Of a stretch of 33,909 bases of DNA, positions 28,401 through 33,909 are shown in pieces. The notes beneath the pieces were generated by a model. It saw only the letters and a list, made by a program, of their open reading frames with translations, had not been told where the DNA came from and did not search any database. The first letter of the stretch is position 1; each line of letters begins with the position of its first letter. Origin of the DNA: Bipalium vagum (Eukaryota); the NCBI GenBank assembly GCA_037834085.1, contig JBBMKC010221681.1, positions 1 through 33,909 on the forward strand. Reading direction: 5' to 3'. The translations under genes were made by a program, and so were the position numbers.

Positions 28401-28914
28401 ATTAATTACCTTTACATATTGCTTGCTGATTACATTGCTGTTCAAATGTGATAATGAAGAATTGGAATTGTATCTTTCACTATCGTGATTTTTTGAACTA
28501 ATCGTTGAATCTGAATTAAAAATACATTGAAATATGAAGTATACAAAATAAAAAAAAATTACTATCATCAATACATGAATAACTGTCTGGCATTTGATTA
28601 GTATTTAATTCGATGTCTAGTCTACATTGATCAATATGATCTGGAATTGGAAATTCCTCTAAACTCTTAATATGTAATTAAATGTTAATTTCAATAAAAA
28701 ATTAATACAGGATCCGTTTCAAATATATAAAATTTCGAATCGTTTTCCATTAATATACAAAATTGGGGTTTCCAAACACTATTATTATCATCATTTTGAA
28801 TATCTTCGTTAGAAATGTCTTAAATGTGATAAAGTACAATATATATAAATATTCATAAGATTAACCTTGTACATCTAACCAGCCTTTTATACAAGATGGA
28901 AAATTACAAATCAT
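5654..28914 (-). CDS. SynGAP/DAB2IP/RASAL2-family Ras GTPase-activating protein (PH-C2-RasGAP), 23 coding exons, about 1296 aa
   Basis: Manual splice reconstruction: complement(join(5654..5960,6476..6705,7717..8037,9109..9382,9660..10000,11482..11742,11794..12025,12079..12275,12328..12407,13353..13515,15970..16148,16203..16306,21289..21393,21451..21552,22557..22836,22897..22982,24122..24163,24564..24680,24785..24891,28410..28510,28563..28665,28709..28818,28866..28914)). Total 3891 nt, all GT..AG, phases consistent. Family motifs: HPSLVGDRSHCFSV..IFAARSLLEKQCW (PH), RYFCEVSVDKVILAKTTSK..VFWAE (C2), TLRANTIVTK (arginine finger), IFLRLLCPAILSPHLF and RTLTLIAKSLQSLANF (RasGAP). Exact vertebrate orthologue cannot be assigned. 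Confidence 0.93.
6476..6705 (-). CDS. RasGAP exon 22 (helical, coiled-coil-like)
   Basis: ITKNLNDLYEEMESMNLDVQNEQLKDLKQLNQIINL...EALDEVIN; GTAAGG donor. Confidence 0.8.
7717..8037 (-). CDS. RasGAP exon 21
   Basis: PPQKIPIIKSYDVCHYSKV...DFYCANPLYDF...YLDSSKDQ; TTACAG acceptor, CAG|GTTAGT donor. Confidence 0.8.
8716..8808. repeat. Imperfect palindrome (MITE-like hairpin) in intron 20
   Basis: aatga..ttattcagata-tcgggtag / ctaccga..tatctgaataa..tcatt arms. Confidence 0.5.
9109..9382 (-). CDS. RasGAP exon 20
   Basis: IPVVAPVVYSTKQQYTISPIPKNQMNFTS...RIPTAYYT; phase 2 to 0. Confidence 0.8.
9660..10000 (-). CDS. RasGAP exon 19
   Basis: PPKFQNVLKLPDIIREINQQL...RRASLGP...NAPKLS; TTTCAG acceptor, GTAATT donor. 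Confidence 0.85.
10510..10574 (-). mobile_element. Isolated Tc1-type terminus next to a (TA)n run
   Basis: Reverse complement reads TA+CAGTGCCGG; no partner end found. Confidence 0.3.
11482..11742 (-). CDS. RasGAP exon 18 (GAP domain end)
   Basis: SLANFSEFGDKEHFMIFLNECF...MREFLRHISS...IDLSVELARLH...DNLNK. Confidence 0.93.
11794..12025 (-). CDS. RasGAP exon 17 (FLR motif)
   Basis: QLKLVFTCWRK...SGCIFLRLLCPAILSPHLFGL...RTLTLIAKSLQ; GTAAGT donor. Confidence 0.95.
12079..12275 (-). CDS. RasGAP exon 16
   Basis: YLHNMLHSFIRDVMFKNVTIEVDSSRM...IWCKIYESKDHEFP. Confidence 0.92.
12328..12407 (-). CDS. RasGAP exon 15 (arginine finger)
   Basis: ENNSMTLRANTIVTKIIESHMKLVGSQ; TTACAG acceptor, CAG|GTAAT donor. 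Confidence 0.93.
13106..13186. repeat. Compound (CAA)n(TAA)n microsatellite
   Basis: Directly visible; produces the spurious poly-Y/C ORF. Confidence 0.95.
13353..13515 (-). CDS. RasGAP exon 14 (GAP domain start)
   Basis: IAIKNYLDLILFLEKNLPVKLREEVASCLVNIHESNGTIVEFLTNLISQEVNDL. Confidence 0.92.
15797..15851. repeat. (ATT)n microsatellite
   Basis: Directly visible. Confidence 0.95.
15970..16148 (-). CDS. RasGAP exon 13 (C2 end)
   Basis: GAMFTIANLSSKNEIQAWF...QLRVKLRYEALKVLKCESYDMLAQ; CAG|GTTT donor. Confidence 0.9.
16203..16306 (-). CDS. RasGAP exon 12 (C2)
   Basis: NLPHFKTLSINLYKEPDPIKHSKKKRKNSMQCIG; similar to SynGAP NLP..LHLYRDSDKKRKK..VG. Confidence 0.9.
17007..17865 (+). mobile_element. 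Internally deleted mariner element with both TIRs, in intron 11
   Basis: TA|CCTTTGTTGACAAAAAAA ... TTTTTTTGTCAACCAAGA|TA; N-terminal HTH-like ORF at 17153-17422; catalytic-end motif LKHPPYSPDLSPCD near 17560-17600; 859 bp. Confidence 0.88.
18467..18496. repeat. (AT)n microsatellite
   Basis: Directly visible. Confidence 0.95.
19620..20162 (-). mobile_element. LTR-retrotransposon (Ty3/gypsy-like) aspartyl protease fragment in intron 11
   Basis: ALVDTGAQTSLI active site, VIGVDG flap and CIIGMDIL motif; no gag or RT flanks seen. Confidence 0.88.
20190..20230 (-). mobile_element. pogo/Tigger DDE_1 transposase micro-fragment
   Basis: Translates IYNMDETGLFYNL, the canonical first-aspartate motif. 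Confidence 0.7.
21289..21393 (-). CDS. RasGAP exon 11 (C2)
   Basis: YFCEVSVDKVILAKTTSKLANSDGTVFWAEDIVL; TTTCAG acceptor, GTTAGT donor. Confidence 0.92.
21451..21552 (-). CDS. RasGAP exon 10 (PH end, C2 start)
   Basis: LQQTLKPNFENENRLNNSLKITVFESKYLSTQRR; TTTCAG acceptor, GTTTGT donor; absent from the ORF track. Confidence 0.9.
22557..22836 (-). CDS. RasGAP exon 9 (PH C-half)
   Basis: DVHPSLVGDRSHCFSVTS...KRIFAARSLLEKQCWMRR matches SynGAP-type PVHSSILGQEFCFEV..CFACRSAAERDKW; 5' boundary could instead be 22820. Confidence 0.88.
22897..22982 (-). CDS. RasGAP exon 8
   Basis: SSAVNEIHYDPSTIFVNNASCLIHLRL; tandem TAG acceptors; G|GTAGAT donor. Exon could be skipped if exon 9 uses the CAG acceptor giving a start at 22820. 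Confidence 0.55.
24122..24163 (-). CDS. RasGAP exon 7 (42 nt, symmetric phase 2-2)
   Basis: FIIVASQSHTALP, similar to the family SHSHESLL region; TACAG acceptor, AG|GTAA donor. Confidence 0.62.
24564..24680 (-). CDS. RasGAP exon 6
   Basis: LPTKSVSNLKRSLSLSRLNRKKSEEKSESKSPRSILKP; resembles the family LKRTKS-x-x-KL motif; TTTTAG acceptor, GTAATT donor. Confidence 0.78.
24785..24891 (-). CDS. RasGAP exon 5
   Basis: SGILRNGSKFFRRAKSNMKLNSSLPSSGKEGHFES; GC-richer island; phase 0 to 2. Confidence 0.72.
28410..28510 (-). CDS. RasGAP exon 4
   Basis: NSTISSKNHDSERYNSNSSLSHLNSNVISKQYVK; TTCAG acceptor, AAG|GTAATT donor. Confidence 0.7.
28563..28665 (-). CDS. RasGAP exon 3
   Basis: SLEEFPIPDHIDQCRLDIELNTNQMPDSYSCIDD; flanked by 43 and 52 nt introns; phase-consistent. 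Confidence 0.7.
28709..28818 (-). CDS. RasGAP exon 2 (PH N-half)
   Basis: DISNEDIQNDDNNSVWKPQFCILMENDSKFYIFETDP; W-x-x-x-F-C-x-L PH-like pattern; AAG acceptor, GTATT donor. Confidence 0.75.
28866..28914 (-). CDS. RasGAP exon 1 (start, PH N-terminal strand)
   Basis: AAA ATG with in-frame upstream TAA; MICNFPSCIKGWLDVQ; donor G|GTTAA, phase 1. Confidence 0.75.
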
Positions 28915-29351
28915 TTTGTTAAATATAATTTATAAAAGAATCACAAGGAAATTTCATAATAAGACAAATATTTTAAATAAAAAAAATCACTATTACTTCA
29001 ATAAAACAAATCTTTTTTATAATTAATTTATTTTAGAAACTTAAGTTATAATGACTTTTAAATGTAAAATATTTTAAATTATTCAACTTAAAATTGATTA
29101 AAATTAACATATTTACAATAATTCTATAAGCTTTATATGATTTTAAAATTTCATTTCAAAATGTTCCATTTCATTTTAAATAGACTTTAATAAGGCTCAT
29201 GAGAATTTTCAATTACACGTTATTGTAAAAATTTCTTAATCAAAGTTTTATGTTGACAGACTAATGATTTTAACCTCCCTACTGGTATCAGAATCGAATA
29301 ACAAAAAATTATTGAATAAATATGTTGAATTTGTATAATAATGATAAATTA

Positions 29352-30255
29352 CAGTGCGTGTAAAAAGTCTGTCAACCCCCTATAAAAAATACTAATTTTA
29401 ATTGAAAAGAATATTTTAAACAACGAAAATTATTAAATGAACAGGTTTTAATATTGAATAGGATATCCCTTTGATTTCTTGACCAATTGTATTTTTTGGG
29501 CATTGAGTTCACAAATTTCTGGCAAGTGTTACGAGAAAGGTTGTACTATTTGTTTTGGATCTCATTCCATAAATCTTCAGCACAATTATGTTTTATTGGA
29601 TTTAGTTGACGTTTAAGGATACCCCAGATATTTTCTATGAGATTCAGGTCAGGAGAATTACCTGGCCAAGGTAAGACTTCAATATTTTTATTTTTTTAGG
29701 AAAGCCTGGGTACTTTTGGCCTTATGAGGAGGAGCCAAATCTTTTTGAAAAACGAATGCTGCTTTTGAAAAGACTAATGATTTGCAAACTATATCTAAGT
29801 CATGAAGTATGTCTTTTTGATATCTCTCGGCATTCATATTTCCATTGATTTTTTTTAGAATTCCAACTCCATTACTACTGAAGCAACCCCAGACATGAAT
29901 AATTGGGCCATGTCCCATAACTGGGTGGGTAAAGACAGGGTTATACTTTTCCAATGTAGTTCTTCGAACCAATAACCTATTTGATGACAAAAAGGATTGA
30001 AAGAAACACTCATCGCTGAATACCACATTTCCCCATTTATCTGCATCCCAAGCCCTGTAAGTCTTAACCCAGGAAAGTCTTTTGAGTCGTTGATGCATTT
30101 TCAAATACGGCTTCTTAATTGCTGTATAACTACGAAAACCATATTTTTTCAGAATTTTCTGGACGGTACTGACAGAAGCATTTCGGACATAACTTGAATT
30201 GTACCTATTGGTGATATAAGGAACAGATGCAAAGCGGTTCGCTTGATGGTAATTA
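29352..30255 (-). mobile_element. Tc1-family (DD34E-type) transposon, 5'-truncated, one TIR retained
   Basis: TA|CAGTGCGTGTAAAAAGTCTGTCAACCCC terminus; KKP, VVFSDEC, VWGCFS, FQKDLAPPH, then a frameshift in an A-run near 29690 to WPGNSPDLNLIENIW. Confidence 0.92.
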
Positions 30256-30269
30256 TAATTATGACTCAA

Positions 30270-30380
30270 ATATTTTTCCATAGATTATAGCTTTTTCCAT
30301 AAAATATTGACTTTTCCATAGATTAAGGATATTTCCATAGACTTTAAATTTTTTATATAAAATGATAAAAATTTCATAGA
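30270..30380. repeat. Short degenerate tandem repeat (TTTCCATAG core, about 19-20 nt spacing)
   Basis: Four to five copies at the Tc1/MULE junction. Confidence 0.65.
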
Positions 30381-30449
30381 TTTTAAAAGTAAACAAAACA
30401 AGAACTATAAACAAAAGAAATTTTAAATAGCAAAATTTTTATTTTAATT

Positions 30450-31290
30450 AAATTTTTCATAATACAGGTCATAATTTTTTATATCTTTTTGAGGCTCCTT
30501 TTTTTATTCTTAACATCAACAAGATTACTTAAATCCCAATATTTCAAAATTTGAACAAGTGAGAACATTTCCTATTCTTACTAAAATGACTACAAGAACA
30601 AAAGTTATCTTTCCAAGTTTTAATAATGCTGTTTCTCGAAATGTAAACTAAATCTTTTTTGATCATATGTGATCATATTTCTTGATCAGTTTATTTTCAT
30701 CAAAAACCATTTCTTTTTTGTTATAAGTCTTTTTTAAACACGGAATTGTTTCAGAATATTTTTTAAAGTATCCCTTGACATGTCTAAAAATTCGGAAAAA
30801 CGTAATCTTTCCCAATCTGCATATTTTTCTTTTATGAGTAGATTTAATCGTTCAAGAGAATTGGTGGTTGACGTAGAAAACACGGGATAAGATTCAAACC
30901 AATTTTGATTTTTACCATATAAAGTAAGAAAAATTTATCAATGAATTCCTTTGATTGCCTAAATGTGCTGTAGTTTCTTTTTAAAACTGTGACAAATTAA
31001 ATACTTTTTTATGTAGACTTGTCTTCACTTTGGGAAAAGCAAATTGACGGTCAAACGAACCTACGATTTAGATCGGAAAACCCAACAATGATTATGGGAA
31101 GAGACAGATATTTGTTCATCAGAAGGTTGTTTCTTTATGTTAAAAATTCTCTTTATTCCTCTTTCGTCCATTTTGATAAATTTTAATTTTAAAACCTTTG
31201 GAATGTCAGTACAATCAATTTGTCTACCCAAACTAATGCAATGCAAGGAATGATCAATGTTTGAAAAGCAATGTTTGAAAAGACAAAACA
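30450..31290 (-). mobile_element. MULE (Mutator-like) transposase remnant
   Basis: LPIIIVGFSDLNRRF...ICFSQSEDKST near 31015-31102 and WFESYPVFSTSTTNSLERLNLLIKEK near 30825-30902 (T-N-x-x-E-x-x-N glutamate motif). Confidence 0.75.
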
Positions 31291-31339
31291 TTACTTAAGC
31301 ACCTGAAAAGACTTATTCCAGGATAACAGATAAGTTTAA

Positions 31340-31670
31340 AAAGAAAAGGGAACATTGTCTTATATCAAAGATCAGGAATTATAATGTCGTACTGATCAAG
31401 GAGAGAAATTCAATTATTATTATGACGGAGCATTAGGAAACTATTTATCCGTACGAAAGATATTGTTTTTTCAATATGGAACTCAAAGTTAAAATATTAT
31501 ATTGAAGGTGGTTGATGAATGCTTCGGTGTATAAATTTTAAACTAAGACTCTACTAGTGAGGTTTAATGGGACTTTATTGAAAAATTTTATTGTCCTATA
31601 CAAACAGACAGCAAACTGGTTATGATTTGCATATACTGTTGGGTTTATATGCATAACTTAATACAATAAA
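31340..31670 (+). pseudogene. Possible Ulp1/C48-like cysteine protease remnant
   Basis: VVLIKERNSI / YYDG and W....CPIQTD..GYD / CIYCWVYM across frameshifts; catalytic His and Cys not cleanly preserved. Confidence 0.4.
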
Positions 31671-32126
31671 CCAAGCAACAAGCAAGGCTGCTTTTTATTT
31701 AATGTATTTGCTAAATATTTATAAGTATAATAATAAATGAACCACTGTATAATCAAAAGAACAAAGAGTTCAGGAAAACGCAAAAACAGGAAAAACAGTG
31801 ACTTATTTAAAATCAAAGAAATGGTTGTTATTGACATGAAAAGTTTTAGATTTCTGTATCGGCTCTAGCTTTATTTTTTTTAAATGTTATAGGTATTAAT
31901 AATTTTCCTGACCACATTTTTTCCATAATTGTATTAATTTCTGAGTTTTAAAATTCTGGTGCTCAGAGCGTTTAGAAGTTCGATTCCACCCAAGACCCTC
32001 CGGCTTCGATTATTAATGTTCTGATATAAATGTACTATCTTCTTCCGAGTTTGAATTCGACTTCATCCAGTAAAATATAATATTTTTGCTTGTTTGCTTC
32101 GTCATGACCTCTGATTCAAAGGGACT

Positions 32127-32640
32127 TTGACATCAATAATTAAGTATCCTTTAAGCCTCTTATTGACAATTGCATACCTGAAAACTAACTGCCAAGAGCG
32201 AATAAGAGAGACATTCAGAAAACCAAAATCAAGGATAGTGGATCTCAAAGAGGCTTTCTATTATGAGGATGGAGAAGAGGAAATAGACGTGAATGTAAAA
32301 AGAATTGATACTATCCTGGTACTATCCTTGGTACTATCAAAACCGTGGAGACAGCCAATGCATTTAGAAGAAAACATGAAGCAATAAAAAATTTATTTGG
32401 AAACGGAATAATAAGAAGATGCAAAGCGACATGGAACACTTCAAGGAAAAACATGGATTCTAAAAATCAAGAGTCAGGTGTTAGTGGAAGAAATACATAT
32501 GCTGGAACTGAAAAAGCTATAAAGTATATAGCTGATTTTTATGACATGAAAGACTTGAGAGAGACAGTCATAGAATAGTGCGAAATCTGACAAAAGCATA
32601 AAGAAGTCATAACGAAGACGAAAGAAGATACAATAAAATT
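32127..32640 (+). mobile_element. Ty3/gypsy-like pol remnant (integrase zinc-binding region)
   Basis: AGTEKAIKYIADFYDMKDLRETVIE*CEI*QKHK fits a decayed H2C2 region. Confidence 0.65.
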
Positions 32641-33284
32641 TCGCTATTAAATTACTATGAATCTTGTCGTAACACTTAGGTAGTAAAGTTTAATGACCAC
32701 TTCACTTTTTTCAAAAAGTGTACGCAAATGGATGAATCAAAACAACTACAAATAACACTATATTACCAAAGTTACAACCACAATGTCTCTCTGAAGAATG
32801 ATCAAATCGAATTTTCAATAAAATATTTACAATCACACAATTAGATGTCTAAATAACGAATAATCGATCAAACTAAAAGCTAAATGTTTTGATACAAAAT
32901 AATAATCAATTAAATAATTAAATTAAAATGTTAATAGAATATCGATTAAAATACAAAAAGGAAAACAAAGAAAACAACGATATCTTCACCAATTCTGTTG
33001 ACGACAGATCCAAAGTGTGGTTTGCTGAGCTCAATCCGGTTCGTTCAGAAACCCCCTAATATCACAGGAACCATCATAAGCTACTGTTTCATAATTGACG
33101 ACATGAAAATGAATTAAAAATTGAGTTCCTCGAAAATCTTCTGTCAACAACAATAAGTTTTGAAACTTTCGACAAAATAATTCTTCCGATGAAATAAAAA
33201 CAACAAATTTTCTTTAATCTCTCTTTTGTGGCAATCCGCTACGGATTTCAACTCATTAAATATCCTCCTGGTCAGACGATCAAT

Positions 33285-33750
33285 CAATCGTAGACCAGTT
33301 TTATCAATGGGGAATGTCAATTCCCTTTGTAGATCTTTATTCCTAAAGAAAATTTATAAGAAATACAGAACCCAATGATAGACTGGTTTTGAGTTTATGG
33401 ATAGAAAATAATGAAAACTCAGAAATTTAAAATGTGAAAAATCTAAATGGCAAAAATCTTAAGTTAAATTTAATATTTTAAAAAGATCTAAAGTTAAGAA
33501 AAAAAGATAAATTTCGTTTAAAATGTTTTCTATGGAAAATTTTTAGAGAATGTTAGAAACCTTAAAGATATTAAGATAGTTTTTGATTATGAAAAATTAT
33601 AAAAATTAATTTCAAAACCAAATTATAAATATTCTACAAAATTTAGTGAAGATGTTGCCGTTCATTTAGAAATAATGGTGAACAAGATAAATATTATTTT
33701 ACAGGAGTTACAATTTAAAAATATGAAGTATAATATTTTTTGCATAAAAT
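33285..33750 (+). mobile_element. Polinton protein-primed DNA polymerase B remnant
   Basis: DQFYQWGMSIP (33293-33325, like DxNNLYGWAMSQ); KSKWQKS*VKFNILKRSK; NVFYGKFLENVRNLKDIKIV...KLISKPNY..TKFSEDVAVHL (from 33522); absent from the ORF track. Confidence 0.8.
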
Positions 33751-33839
33751 AACATTTTTGACACAACTACTAATTATTATTGTCAAGTTTAACTTATTTT
33801 TATTTTCTGTTTATTCATAACTGTTTAATTCCATATATA

Positions 33840-33909
33840 CAGTACCTGCAAAAAGTATTCGTACGATCACCTTTTTCATAATAAAACTTAGATTTAGAAA
33901 AGATAAAGA
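33840..33909 (+). mobile_element. Tc1-type terminal inverted repeat running off the window
   Basis: TA|CAGTACCTGCAAAAAGTATTCGTAC. Confidence 0.7.

Noticed and set aside
30270-30380. Spaced TTTCCATAG repeats as a CRISPR-like array
   Set aside because: Repeat of about 9 nt with about 10-nt spacers in a eukaryotic transposon context, and no cas genes.
32930-33280. Possible gag-like remnant (DDRSKVWFAELN)
   Set aside because: A single weak motif; not enough to call.

Overview
Very AT-rich eukaryotic (animal) genomic DNA with many 43-60 nt introns and (TAA)n microsatellites. This style suggests an invertebrate such as a triclad flatworm, but that is inference only. The centre of the window holds one complete minus-strand gene that I reconstructed by hand: a SynGAP/DAB2IP/RASAL2-family Ras GTPase-activating protein. 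It has 23 coding exons (ATG 28914, TGA ending at 5654, 3891 nt, about 1296 aa), all introns are GT-AG and all exon phases are consistent. Domain order is split PH, C2, RasGAP, then a low-complexity tail. The flanks and large introns contain decayed mobile elements: Polinton/Maverick relics (AGTAGT terminal repeats, integrase, protein-primed PolB), Tc1 and mariner transposons, a pogo DDE motif, a MULE transposase, a possible Ulp1-like protease relic and LTR-retrotransposon pieces. I found no convincing wholly new biological system. The best leads are Polinton parts bracketing the host gene, a 191-bp element bounded by Polinton-type ends, a DSGYDS degron inserted in the PH domain, a candidate alternative first exon, and two stop-free in-frame introns.
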